A stretch of DNA of 63,672 nucleotides, counting the filler, from Choristocarpus tenellus KU-1152 (taxonomy: Eukaryota; Protista; Phaeophyceae): assembly GCA_964200185.2 (NCBI GenBank). It is 11 parts of 11 records of this genome, joined end to end, with 100 filler letters (N's around TTAATTAATTAA, not from the genome) between each part and the next. Parts side by side here need not be neighbours in the genome. Positions count along the whole stretch, not along the records: positions 31,948 to 40,102 come from CAXNAD020005070.1; positions 40,203 to 43,534 come from CAXNAD020020744.1; positions 43,635 to 48,834 come from CAXNAD020011529.1; positions 48,935 to 53,549 come from CAXNAD020013787.1; 7 more parts are not named here. One strand, 5' to 3'. Each line of letters opens with the position of its first letter. Position 1 is the first letter of the stretch. Shown here piece after piece: positions 37,653 to 50,330 of the stretch. The position numbers were made by a program, and so were the translations under genes. Below the pieces are notes generated by a model. The model saw only the letters and a program-made list of their open reading frames with translations, was not told where the DNA came from and did no database searches.

Positions 37653-39264
37653 TCAAATGAGGTATTTTGAAGGTGCAGGTCTACTGTGATATTTAAATGT
37701 CTTGTACACCCTATTCAATTTGGTACACCCCATGCCTTTCTCGTTGGAATAGATCAGGTGGTAAGCGATACTCATCCTAATAAAGAAGCTCTCCACGATT
37801 ACTCTGGACAGCCCCCCTTCCTCCTTAAGACTGATAGGAACGTTGACTCTCATTCCAGGCAATCTGTAGTAACAGTGGCCTCGTACATATTGCTTCGCCC
37901 AGCCCCAGACCATCTCTATGGGGTTCAATTCACAGTGGTACTTTGGAAGCACCAAGCAGTGTCCTCCAAGATGCTCAACCAGAATCTTAAGACTCGGTTC
38001 TACCACCTTGAAATTCGGCTGCTTCCCAAGAACGTATGCCATGCTCATGCTCTTATTCCTGTCCTTGCCCCCGTCCTTGGTCATCCCTGGGATAAACAAA
38101 CTTCTCTATTGCAAGATCTGTCTCGTCTCCATAACCTGTCCAACATACACTCCCCCTTCTTGCGTCATGGACGACTGGAAATCCTCAGCCGATATCCCTT
38201 GCCCCTGGCCTCCCCGCGGCACCGAATGAACTCAAATCCATCAAGGAGTGACCGCATCACAATGTCAACGTCGTCAGGTGACAACTCGGAGCTCACTAGG
38301 CGTCACAGTGTCCTATGAGGGGCTTAAAGAGTACTAAGCCGAGCCCCGCCCCCCACGTAACGTAACGTTTCGGCGGCTACCAATGTTGATTTTTTGAAAA
38401 GGTTGCCCAAGGAGTTAATCGACGATCAGCATATTGAATGAAAGCTCTTGATTTAAGCTATCGAGTTACACAAAGAACTTCGGTAAAATTGTTTTGGTTG
38501 TGATCATTTATTCCGAAACATACTAAAGGCTGTGGCGAAATTTTTCGGTTAAAATTTAACTTTTCCAAAATATTTTTTCCATAGTATTTCTTTGCTAAAT
38601 CGATGGCTTGGACCAAGAGCTTCATTCGATATACTGATTGGGGTCCAATGTGAAATACTTCAACAGATTATCCGCTCAAGCCTAACGTCAATATATGTTA
38701 CACATCTGTGTTGTGTCGTTAGAGTGGAGGAAGGTTTTGGATGCTATAGTGGTACCAGTAGGTTTGCCTTCTGGGGTTGTCCCGTCATACCTTTTGATGT
38801 AGAGGATAGAAAAAATAGAGCATATTCGTGATGCCCGTCACAAGGCCCTCCAGAGTACGGGCTTCGATTTTTTCGCCATTTTTATTATTATTCTAAAGAC
38901 TGACCACTCATATTGGGGTTCGAACCCTGGATTGTAGTTCACCAAGAGTGGCAACAGATCCACTATTACTTGATTGAAGTATAGGGCTTAGGTGCCCTGC
39001 CCTTTCTTCCTGTCTGTTCGCGCACCCACTCTTTGACCTCGGCAAGGATGTCCTCATCGATGCCCATATAACGAAACGCCTCCTATCGTGCCCTTGCTCC
39101 GACACCTTGCTGTTGCCCATAGTTAGCAAGTCTCTCTCCCATTTACTCACAGTTTCCGACCCGACCATTGCATATCCTCCTGCCATCTCGAGCGTCGTTT
39201 GATGGTCTTTCCCGTCGTGCATACACAGGTACAGGGTTCGCAGTGGTAGAGCCTTTACCATCAC
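37653..39264 (-). mobile_element. IS630/Tc1-like DDE transposase remnant, interrupted
   Basis: 37653-38099 encodes GHCLVLPKYHCELNPIEMVWGWAKQYVRGHC. 38908-39264 encodes an HTH-like segment (VGSETVSKWERD). Between them lies non-coding DNA with an internal inverted repeat. Confidence 0.8.
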
Positions 39265-39749
39265 ATTTCCTCATTGAGCGCCGGAAATGGGCGTCGTCCG
39301 TGTTTCCTGGGTGGGTGAGTTTTTATCACCAAGGTGCAAGGGCGAGGGAGGACAGGCTTGAGTTGATCGAAAAGTGTGTCGATTTCTCGAATGAAAAGAT
39401 GTCCGGAAATCTTGTTTTTTTTCTTCTTTTTTTCGGTAGGCCGCACCACCCAAACTTGGGAAGCGACGTACCCCGGACAAGTTTTCCGGAAGGAGTTCAG
39501 CTAACCACTTCATTTTTGTCCGTTTTGAAGTCGTGTCGTGATCTTCAAAATTGCGCTGGAGATATTCCCCCGCGTTTTTCCATTATTTTATCGGACATAG
39601 TTCCCATTCACCGAAGTTTGTACACTGCTACATACACACCTTGAAAAGCTCTTGTCATATCCTTTCATTTGATATAATATTGTTGTGTATCTGTTGCGGC
39701 GATACAGTGAAAAAAAGCTATATTACCACAGAGGGTCAAGCTACTAGTA

Positions 39750-40056
39750 CCACCTTAGAAATATCACATCCAGAACACACTCCTCTACATATTACTTCTG
39801 CCCTCTGTTCTCTTTGACCCTAGCCTTATGCTATCCTACCCAGACAAAATCCTTCCTGGTGTAGTACAGAAAGATGCACCAGCCGTCATAAGAAAAGCCG
39901 GTCTGGTCGGATAACGTAAGACGTGTCAAAACGTTCACTAGAACTCTTCACCGGACTCTTCCAGTGGCTCCCCTTTCCTCCACCAAACTGCAGTCTTCGT
40001 TGGACGTCGCCGAACCTCTGATTGACTGTTTCTGGGAAGAGGATAATCCTCTCAAA
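39750..40056 (-). pseudogene. Degraded paralogous copy of the 5' region of the SGNH-like gene
   Basis: 39755-39795 resembles 36625-36665 (YVEECVLDVIF versus YVEECVQDVIF) and 39960-40056 resembles 36870-36970. In-frame stops flank the coding match. Confidence 0.7.
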
Positions 40057-40102
40057 GATCCAAAGTATATGGGGGGGGAGGGGGTCTATACCAGGGTGTC
40101 CA
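40057..40102 (-). mobile_element. MITE family A fragment at a contig end
   Basis: Similar truncated ends lie at 8830-8846, 14996-15024, 43635-43675, 48813-48834 and 53650-53758, all abutting spacers. Confidence 0.85.
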
Positions 40103-40419
40103 NNNNNNNNNNNNNNNNNNNNNNNNNNNNNNNNNNNNNNNNNNNNTTAATTAATTAANNNNNNNNNNNNNNNNNNNNNNNNNNNNNNNNNNNNNNNNNN
40201 NNCCCACACACTGTACTACTACCACATCCGGCACGGATTCCCATTCAAAAAGGGGCCCTTAAAAAGTGCCGCAACATTTACAAAAAAAAACATATTGGCA
40301 CTTTTTCCGCACCATTTTCGTTCAAAACCATCCTCAATAGTACACTCCATCCTCAATTTTTAAAATCCACTGTTGTAGGCTGCCCCATTTTGTTTGATAT
40401 TTGAACCAAAGTAGTATAC

Positions 40420-40577
40420 GAGAGGTACCCAGATTTTGGTCGTTTTGCATTAAAAACCAATTTTCCGATCTTTGTAATTCACCTATATTTCTATGGATGA
40501 AGTCCTAAGTTTGACTTGAGAGGGTTAATTTTGCGGTTGTTTGAAAGACTTCGGCATAATCCTGATAATATCCTATG
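40420..40577 (+). mobile_element. MITE family C, partial
   Basis: GAGAGGTACCCAGATTTTGGTC...TATTTCTATGGATGAA...TTTGACTTGAGAGGGTT is shared with the 42767 copy. Confidence 0.8.
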
Positions 40578-42079
40578 TCATCATCTTGGACAAGCCTCCT
40601 TGATCTTAGTCACAACAACCACATTCTTAGCATAGAGAATTAATATTAATATCTGCTCACTTCTAGTCTGGAATTTATTGACTACCTCCACCTTAACCTA
40701 GCCCCCCAGTTTGACGGCAGTCCACACTGCACTATAACTTCTGCCCTACGAACTACATACTGCACTACACCTAATTCCACCGTGTTGTGCATGCATTGGT
40801 TCCTTCTCGTCCGTTGGGTTTAGTCGTCTTACCACTTGTTCCTCCTACTCCTCCCTCGAATCTGATCAATAATTCCTTCCACCCATAACGAATATTTGCC
40901 GCCATGATGGAGATACGTCTGTGAATCCCTTCTTGTGGTTTAGTGCAAGACAGTAAGGTGTAGGTATACCTTCCCGTGGTCCATCGACGTCAAGTCCCTT
41001 ACAAATGGAATTCAAAGTTGGACATAATTGCAACAAAATCCACGCAACCCCTAAAATAAAACCAGTTCCAACATAATTCTGACGATACTAATAATAATAT
41101 AATATGTAGGTTAGGAACCCCGTTAAAAATCCAAATTCTACATGCATGTGTGTAGAGTAATAGTAAAAACTGAAGATCCGTCTATACTATTGTATCGTTG
41201 TGATTATTCGTGGAGACAAGAGTTTGTGTGGGTAGATGTCATGAACGGAATGGACCGATTGGAAACTGCCAGGTTTCTTCTTAAGGGATGTGTCAATAGG
41301 TAACCATTGGATATGACAGACATTATTATGGTATATGCGACCCATTTCTTTCTTGCGTATCTTTTGTCATCCCCAAATCCTTTTCATCCAGCGACAGACC
41401 TCCCTCACTATCCCTCCTTATTCTCGGTGGGTGAACACTCGTGGGTGCGTATATCACCCCTAGTGCACCTGGACAAGATTATAATCGGATGGTCTCTGTC
41501 CCTGTGGCGATTCGCGTCAAGACACGGGCTTCAAACTGGCTTCAAGTTTCGTGTAACAGAAATACTGTTTCGGCAGCATCACGCTCTAACCTCCTGGGGT
41601 ACCGAGACGTGGCCGTAGTGAAGGAGGAGGAGGTCAGGATGCGAAAGCGAGAGAAGGTTGGCAAGGAGAGGGAAGGGCTACGGAGGGATCGGGACAGAGC
41701 GATTGAGCTCGACAGGGTGAGGTGTACGACAGTAAAATAGTAGCACATAAACCAACATAGATTGCCACTCTCTGCATCCCTCAATGAACCTTGGAAGACG
41801 GTAACTTCGATTTTTTTTGCGTGTTTCACTGACCATGATGCCCTTGTAATGTACGGTAGATCCCAGGGTTGCACATTGGGTTCTACGCCTTTCACATTTT
41901 CCCTTCAACTTTATTTTTGGACTCTCCGATTGCACTCTTGCTTTCACGTTCACGGACTAGTCCGAAATCTAACTTTAAAGAAGTGAGGTCCTCAACAGTT
42001 AACTGTGTCATAGGGCTTGTGCAATCAATTACTTCTCTTTTGAGTATTTGAGAGGGGTCAGGGGCGCCAGGATTTATTT

Positions 42080-42339
42080 GAGCTGAAATATCTTAGAGGG
42101 TAGAGTCGCGTCCATTTGGGGACCAAAATCTAATGTTGCGATTTTGATGTGATTTTGGCCATCGTTTTTGTTAGAAAGTATCAATATCCATGTTCTGGAC
42201 ACACCTTTTTCACAACGGACACACTTTACCTACTTCGAAACATTTTGGAGTAAGAAAATGTCACAAAGAAACCCATGGGGAGCCAAGTCCTAAATTGACA
42301 AACAGGGTCAAACTCGTACCCTCTAAGATACTTTCACTC
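42080..42339 (-). mobile_element. MITE family B
   Basis: TIRs GAGCTGAAATATCTTAGAGGGTA / TACCCTCTAAGATACTTTCACTC, with TTT flanks. Confidence 0.92.
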
Positions 42340-42766
42340 TTTGATCGACCTTCAAAACTTAACTCAATACCCTCCCTGAGCAGCATTCGAGATATGTTTT
42401 CCTTTTGGGATTTGAAGTCAACAAGAACAGCTTAATTCTGACCCCCACAATGCCCTGAAAGACGTGATCTAATGCCTACGCTGTCATCAATTTAGCACCC
42501 TCTCCAACCCATGATTGGAGGTATTTCTGATCAAAAATATTTCGATTACAAACCTTTTGTCCTTGCGCGAAGGTTTCTGTTTAAATCTTGAATCTTGAAT
42601 CTTGAATCTTGAATCTTAGACAACAGTAGTGCCTTGAAAATCTCAAGTGACAGTGACCAACCTCATGCTTGCACTAAAGGACTGAACAAACATGCATGGC
42701 CAATGCATGGGTTCATAATGACTAAATAAAAAATTGTCAAGGAAGTGAGTGAAAGTAAAGTTTAAC

Positions 42767-42997
42767 GAGGGGTACCCAGGATTTGGTCATTTTGCACTTT
42801 AGGCCTGTTTCAATATTTTTTAATTCACCAATATTTCTATGGATGAAATACTATGTTTGACTTGAGAGGGTTGATTTCTCCATTGTTTGAAACTTTTTAA
42901 CAGAATTCAGAAAATATCCTATACGCATCTGTAAAAAAAGCCAAATTTGGTACAAATTTGTCAGCATCCTGAAGAGGCAACTCTCCGGGTACCTCTC
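42767..42997 (+). mobile_element. MITE family C, full copy
   Basis: TIRs GAGGGGTACCCAG / CCGGGTACCTCTC. Confidence 0.82.
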
Positions 42998-43427
42998 ACC
43001 TAGTTTGACTTACTTCCCTCATGGGACTGTTATGACACTGTTACGGCATGTAACAGAATTATTTAAAGGTATATAACAGAATTATTAAAATGTATATTAC
43101 AGAATTATTAAAATGCATTTGAGAAGAGAAGAAACTAGACAAGCTGGTTTATTTTGTTGTTGCACTGTCTGTGTAAGGGTGTATGGGCAAAACTGATGAC
43201 ATTTCATTATGGCATGTCTGTACGATGCTACTGTTTAGAGATTCTGACAAGACCAAAATGGCACTGACCCCTAACTCTCAAGACCTTGTTAGGCACTATC
43301 CAAACTTACACCTACCATGCAGTCTGTCCCAATGTCCACCTATGAGTAGGCGAAGACATACACTGCACTTGGTACTTCCTTCTGCCTGTGTTATGTGAGA
43401 AAGTGGAGATTGTACTGTGTGTTCTCC

Positions 43428-43472
<45 letters not shown>

Positions 43473-44229
43473 TTTTTTTCCCCACCTACCCAACCCCCAC
43501 CACCCCCCACAACGACGGGGGGGGGACGGGGGGGNNNNNNNNNNNNNNNNNNNNNNNNNNNNNNNNNNNNNNNNNNNNTTAATTAATTAANNNNNNNNNN
43601 NNNNNNNNNNNNNNNNNNNNNNNNNNNNNNNNNNCTGGTGTAGACCCCCCACCCCACCCCCAGGTACTTCGGGCCTTGGCAAGGCTTCATTACGGAACCA
43701 CATCAAGACAAGGACTTCAGAAGATTGACAGAGGAGCACAAGAGCAGTGGGATAACTAAACCCAAACTTCTTTCAAATAAGTTAAAAGTATGGGCATGGA
43801 CGAAGGCAGTGCAACTGGTCATAGTACAACAGATAGGTGTTACAAGACATAACCAATACACGTGCCCACACGCTCTCGCTGTCTTTACTGTCCATTCGCA
43901 TGCTTTAGAAAAAAACTAACTACCCAATCGCATCGGAGTCACGCTCCTCCGTCAAAAACAGTTCCAACACCCTCCATACCATACCATGCCATGCCCTACC
44001 CCTACCCCTAACCCTAACCCCAGGTACTGTGCAGCAAAAAAAAAGTATGTCCTTTGCTGTTGTCGATGCTGTTTCTTAGGGTTAGGGTTCTCACGCAAAA
44101 GGCGTTGCAGAAGCAATGACGAAGGGTTACGGAACAGTCTCGGAGTGCAAGGCGGTCCCACAAGGCATAACGTCCATGTATACACTGAGTACGATGGAGA
44201 TCGCACAGTTGACAGTTCAAAAGACAGGC

Positions 44230-44850
44230 GGTAATAGAGACAGTTCAACTACAGTACAAGAGACACTTCGACTACAGTAATAGAGACAGTTCGACTACGG
44301 TACAAGAGACACTTCGACTACGGTAATAGAGACGATTCGACTACGGTAATAAAGACGGTTCAACTACAGTACAAGAGACACTTCGACTACGGTAATAGAG
44401 ATGGTTCAACTACAGTACAAGAGACACTTCGACTACGGTAATAGAGACAGTTCAACTACGGTACAAGAGGCACTTCGACGTCGGTAATAGAGATGGTTCA
44501 ACTACAGAACAAGAGACAGTTCGACTACGATAATAGAGACAGTTCAACTACGGTACAAGAGACAGTTCGACTTCGGTAATAGAGATGGTTCAACTACGGT
44601 ACAAGAGGCACTTCGACTTCGGTAATAGAGATGGTTCAACTACGGTACAAGAGGCACTTCGACTACGGTAATAGAGATGGTTCAACTACAGTACAAGAGA
44701 CAGTTTGACTACGATAATAGAGACAGTTCAACTACGGTACAAGAGACAGTTCGACTACGGTAATAGAGATGGTTCAACCTCAGTAATAGAGACAGTCCGT
44801 ACAAGAGACAGTTTGACTACGGTACAAGAGATGGTTCAACTATGGTACAG
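44230..44850. repeat. 23-bp minisatellite with alternating variants
   Basis: GAGACAGTTCAACTACGGTACAA alternates with GAGACACTTCGACTACGGTAATA, roughly 27 units. Confidence 0.95.
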
Positions 44851-45482
44851 GAAGCCTTCATGGTACAGGGCCAGTACCCGAGAGCCTTACCTCTGAACAG
44901 GCTTTTGTACAGTGGAAAAGAGCAAGTTCACACTTCAGGTGCGGACTACTTCACAAATATGGATGCAGAGTGTTTCCCACTATCAGTAGGTATCAACTTC
45001 AAGAACCCAAAAATCTATCTCTGGATTGGATTGGATGTCATACTTCACCGCACTATAAATGCTTCTTTTTTACAAGGGGGAATATACCCCTACAGGCAAC
45101 TAAGCTTACGAAATTGTGCAGCATCTATAATTCTCTTGCATAATACTTCATACTACTTTTTTAAGAGGCAGTGATAGGGCTAGCTACACTGAGAGGACAA
45201 GCACAGAGTAGCACTTGTCCCCTGTCACAACTAGTTACAAATATAGTCATTAACATAGCTATGGGGGCCAAGACCTAGCTACAATGCACAAAACCAACAT
45301 TTATGGACTGAGCATCGACAATGAGGACCACATATTGACAACAAAGCGTAACAGTTTGATAGACAGGCAGTTAAGGGATGGAGTTAGGGTAAGGACTAAG
45401 GTTGGGAGGATGTTTGCTCTATTAAGAACGAAGCGATTACACTGCATTTGCAATAGAAATCGTCTTGTGGTACATCTTTCAC

Positions 45483-46960
45483 CTTTATGAGGTCAAGAGG
45501 ATGCCCCACAAGAACAAGGCATATACCTACGCAAGAGAGAAAAGAAAAAAGGAAATACAGTATGCCATGGCGTCGCCGGGCAATCCAGCACCAGAAAAAA
45601 GGAAGGAGGAAAGGGAGTGAGATTGCAACTTGGATATTTACCATGCAGTTACATGCTTCTGTCAGAATATACACAGTAGTCTATTGCTGCGTGTTTGTCA
45701 TCTTCCCTCCAAGCATCGTGTGGGATAGGCCAACCCTCTTGCTTTAGTTAATTTGTCGCCCCCCTTGTACAATGTGCAGTACAGCTAACGTAACAGAATC
45801 CAGGGGAAAGCATTCAAATTTTGCTACTTCTCAATGAAACGTGACATGCAATATATGGTACAATCTAAGTCATGTCCTATTGGTACAAAGAAGCAGCATG
45901 GTATAGGACAAGGGTTAGGGTTACTGAAGCTAAAACTCCAAATCAGAAAATTGACCCCCTCTCTCTATCTCTATTTCTCAGTGATAGATAAGAAACCTAC
46001 ATCTAATGTTAATTCACTAGCTGTGTTCAATTGTGTGGTGCGTGCTGACGACAGGTTGAGGATGGACCAGCATGCACTCCTTTCGGGTTAGGGTCAAGAC
46101 AATGCTGGAGAGGTGATAATAATCTTGTGAACAAACTGCTACTGTGCAAACGTTCTAACTTACAAGCCAATAGACCTTATAGTATAAAACATTAAGGAGC
46201 AAGGGTGTTTGGTTGGCAAAAAGTTTGTGGTTTGTCTGTAGAAGAGGTGGAACTAATGCACAGTGAATTGTGAGATTTTATGCCTCAGACATTCGAGCAT
46301 TGCTTCGACGCAAGGTTTGTTTAAATTTGTGAGAGTACAATCCAACCTCCCCCCCTCCCCCCACCTTCTCTGTAAAATGAAGTGCAAGATTGGAAAACGC
46401 ATCACTTACCAAGTAGAAAAAAACAGTATGCACAGGACCGATCTCGTCTGCCACTACAGCAAAATTAGCGCATTGTACAACACAGACGACACGCATATCG
46501 ACAACTGGTTACATAGGAGCTCACACCCTCCCCCACTATTAACAGGCAAGGTTTTTCCTCTCCATCAACTAAACTTTCTCAACAAGGGCGGGAGCAAGTG
46601 ATGGGAAATAAGGGATAGTCCACACCCAACTGTCGTATGCCAATCGATTGTCGTCGCATACAAAATACGAAGCGCATCAGGCGACGGGGTCATAGTCACC
46701 TCCAAAACCTCCAGCGACGAAATTGGCCAGTCCAGATTGCTCTGAAATTCGGGGTTGTTTGGAGAAGAAAGGGGCAACCATGCATCAGAAAGGATATAGT
46801 CAGTGTGCAGAACGGTAGGGGTTGCGTTACGTTAGTTCGGAGTCTCATGCTCTGTCCTCAAGGGTTGCATGAGTGTATGAAACCTCATGGTTGCATACAT
46901 GTATGGATCGTCAAGAGCAGAGGGGTCAGGGATAGGTCAACTACCACTACCGTTCACCAT
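45483..46960 (-). CDS. Mitochondrial carrier (carnitine/acylcarnitine SLC25A20-like), first exons
   Basis: Short exons 46960-46951 (putative), 46741-46700 and 45526-45483 give [32 protein letters not shown], containing AGGFGG...GHP and the PxDxxK carrier signature. Confidence 0.85.
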
Positions 46961-47399
46961 GGTCGAGGACGCAACAACTGGTGTCGATCTACAATATGTA
47001 TACAACCTCTCTCATATCCCTTCTAACCTTTGGTTCCATCTCCAACATTTCCCCCATCTTCTTCGTTTCCTCTTGCCATGACTAACAGGACAGGGTTCTT
47101 CTCTCGATGTTAACACTTGTGTCCTGAGGCAAAGGTCTCAACACGAAGTGTTCGGGGTTGTTTTCAAGTTGATTTCACAATCCAATTGATACACGGGAAT
47201 ATACGGGAATATACGGGTGAATTGTCGTATATTCTTCTCACCCAACACACATAATTAGAAGTTTCCAAACCTTCACTATTCACAACAACAATCATATATA
47301 TGGACACTCATGAATATTTTCTGGGAGTAAACGAATCAGAGTGGTGGGTCGCCATTACATCGAGTTCCTCCTGAAGAGGTCCTCCTGTTGGATATTTCA

Positions 47400-48107
47400 A
47401 TGCCAGGAATCTGCCTGGCACAAGTATGTGGAGTGGTTCAAAACGGTCAGGCCTTCCAGACTGTATGTGATAAGTTTGTTATATTCTCTAGGAGTGGTTG
47501 GGTTGCTCTGAGTAGAGACTAGGTTGAATAGAAGGTGAGGAGACAGGGTAGATGTGGAAAGATGGGTGGAGGTGTGATCATGTAGTGGGGTGGGGTGAGT
47601 TGAAGGGACAGTGGTTGGGTCAGTACAAGGAGGTTCTGAGTTAAGATATTCTCTTGGTAAGCAACAAGTTGGCGATTCCTGATGCCGGATACGGTGATGG
47701 GATGGGCAAGGTGGGCAAGGTGGGAAAGGAAGTGATGGGTGTCTTGGATAAAGAAAAAGGCGGCCATGTGGGCAGTGCAGCCAGAGTCGATAATGAACGA
47801 GGCAAGGTCAGGTGTGGATGGATCTTGTAGATGGGGGTATGTTGTTGGTCATCATCGTGGAAAAGCAGTAGGAGTAGTGGCCGTGGGCATCCGGACCTCA
47901 CAGGTCTGGGGGAGGGGATATTGTGATGGAGTATGGTGGCAGTTTGAGTGGGGATTGGTCGGGGATGGAGAGACGGGACGCGCTCCGGACCAAAACGCGA
48001 TGGGCCCGAGGCGCCACACAGCTCAAGATGCCCACAAAATCCAGTTTGAAGGCGTCCCAGGAGAAGTCATGGCCATAGAATTTGGGGGGTTTTAGTGTGC
48101 GTTCCAT
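47400..48107 (-). mobile_element. Possible retrotransposon gag N-terminus remnant
   Basis: MERTLKPPKFYGHDFSWDAFKLDF resembles the PxFxG...W...F gag start. Downstream frames are broken. Confidence 0.3.
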
Positions 48108-48556
48108 GGTGGTACAGTAGTGGTCTGGTGCGGTGAGGGTGGTATGTACTACAGGTCGGGTGAATGAAGTGTATGTTGAGGTTCATAACCTTTTGAAACT
48201 TGAATTCGAATGAATTGTGCTTTCTTGTGCAGTGACTGTATTGTGACGAAGAGGTATCATAGTACAATAATATACCGGTGAATTCGATCTGGTGAACCTG
48301 ACAATATGTTTTGCTTAATCAGGTGGTGGTTGATGTGAAATTGTAGTCATTCCTCCAGACACTCAAATGAAGAAATGCATCCTCTTTGAAGAGGCTTATC
48401 ACCTTGACGGAGAAGGTTTTCTGAGGATGTTTTAACTCTGAATATATTGCATCCAGGTGGGTATCACGTAGGTACACTTATCAAAGAGTGAGCTTGATGT
48501 CTTTAGAAAGGGACAATGCTTACCATAAAAAGAGTAATCAACATAAAGTGGTACCA

Positions 48557-48808
48557 GAGCCAAAGTATCTTAGAGGGTAGGGCCGCGTCCATTTGGGGGC
48601 CAAAATCCAATGTTGCGATTTTGATGTGATTTCGCATTTGCTAGGAAGTGTCAATATCCTTGTTCCAGACACACCATTTCATAACGTATACATTTTATCT
48701 ACTCCGAAACATTTTGGAGTGGGAAAATGTAATTAAAAAATCCATGGGAAGCCTAGACCCAAATGGACAAACTGGGTAAAACTCGTACCCTCTAAGATAT
48801 TTTCACTC
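48557..48808 (-). mobile_element. MITE family B, TSD ACCA, abutted by a family A copy
   Basis: ACCA at 48553-48556 and 48809-48812. A family A TIR starts at 48813. Confidence 0.92.
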
Positions 48809-48934
48809 ACCAGGCTCAAAGTATCTGGGGGGGGNNNNNNNNNNNNNNNNNNNNNNNNNNNNNNNNNNNNNNNNNNNNTTAATTAATTAANNNNNNNNNN
48901 NNNNNNNNNNNNNNNNNNNNNNNNNNNNNNNNNN

Positions 48935-49660
48935 ATGAGAACGGTTTTACATCCTCAAAGATGGGCAAATTTTGTACCTGCACCCCAATGAGGACCCCCC
49001 CCACCCCCATGGGCACAGAGTAAACATTATATTACAAAGGTGATGTTCCTTGCAGCTGTGGCCTGCCCTAGGAAGCTCTCCAACAGGGTGTAGTTCTATG
49101 GGCAAGTCCGGATCTGCCCAATTATGGTCACTAAGGTTGCTCAGTGCTCCAGCAAATACCGCCCCAAGGGCACCAAGGTGCTTGGGCCAGCCAAGTGGAT
49201 GGGGAAGGATAAAAGAAGCGCATGATCGAGGATATCATCCCAGTAATCAAGGCCTGCATGCCTAGGACCGAAAGACACACAATCTTCATGCAGCAGGATA
49301 AGGCAAGGCCACACACTAAGGGAGTGTCATGGAGGCAATTGAGGAGGCAGTGGGGGATGACATTGTCATCGAGAATTTGCCAGCCAACTCGCCTGACCTC
49401 AATCAACATCAACGACCTGGGATTCTTCCAGCAACTGAAGGAAGACATGGAGGTGACCAACACACAGGACCTGGTAGAGGCCACAATGGAGGTGTTCAAT
49501 GCGTAACCCTGGGAGACACTAGAGCACGTCTGTCAGAGCCTCTTAGCAGTCTACAGTAAAGTGCTGGGGTCCAAGGGTGACAACTTCAAAATCCCAGATC
49601 TTAGCAAGGAAAAGGCCGAGAAGGCGGGCAAGCTCCCCCTGAATACCTCGGTGGATGCAG
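48935..49660 (+). mobile_element. Mariner-like (plant/oomycete-type) transposase remnant
   Basis: Frameshifted pieces YITKVMFLAAV, IFMQQDKARPHT, PANSPDLN/INDLGFF, GDNFKIP. Confidence 0.88.
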
Positions 49661-50330
49661 CGAAAAAGTGTACTGGAATGGAGTTTTGGAGGACTTTGGG
49701 GGAAGAATCATTGATAGGTGTAGGAAGTCCCGGTTTGCTTGAGATTTTGATGGGCAGCCTTTTTAGTGTCTGCACAATACACACCCGTGAAATATGAACA
49801 TGTGAAAAGAACTTCATCGGGGCTGCAAAAGTTTTGTTACATTTAATTTGGAATGGAGGACGTACATGATAATGGTTTTGCAACAGGGGTTCTTTTGTGG
49901 ATTGATGATACTAATGTTTTACTTTAAGGCTTGCGACACAGAGACAAAAAAGTGTGGTGAAATAGTTTGCCTGATTGATAGTGAATCAGCAGACAGTTTG
50001 ACTTCTGATCAAAAATGCCTATGTTATGCTTCTATTGTCAGTGACACTCTTACTTCCTTGCGAAAAAGTGAAAAAAAAATGACGTATTACTCCCCCAAAA
50101 AACTGTTGAGCGGTTGCAAATTAGAGTATAGGTTGATATCAAGTGTATGCCATATAGTATCGTTTATGGAGGGCTCACTGATATTTCAACCACTGCCTAG
50201 TCAATACAGTATCACTTGATGAACATAATTCTGTATACTAAGAGTGGGGATATCACATATTCTTATTGACATATTTAAATTGTCCTCCCAACTCCTTGCT
50301 TCTACTCTTCCTGAATTTATATTTCTACAG

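Noticed and set aside
44230-44850. CRISPR-like arrays (also 23158-23440, 31625-31800, 60700-61330)
   Set aside because: Units are contiguous or separated by related sequence, there are no unique spacers or cas genes, and the context is eukaryotic.
44891-44901. Possible 11-nt microexon (GLFRG-like) of the mitochondrial carrier
   Set aside because: The intervening exon required before it could not be found, so it may be chance.
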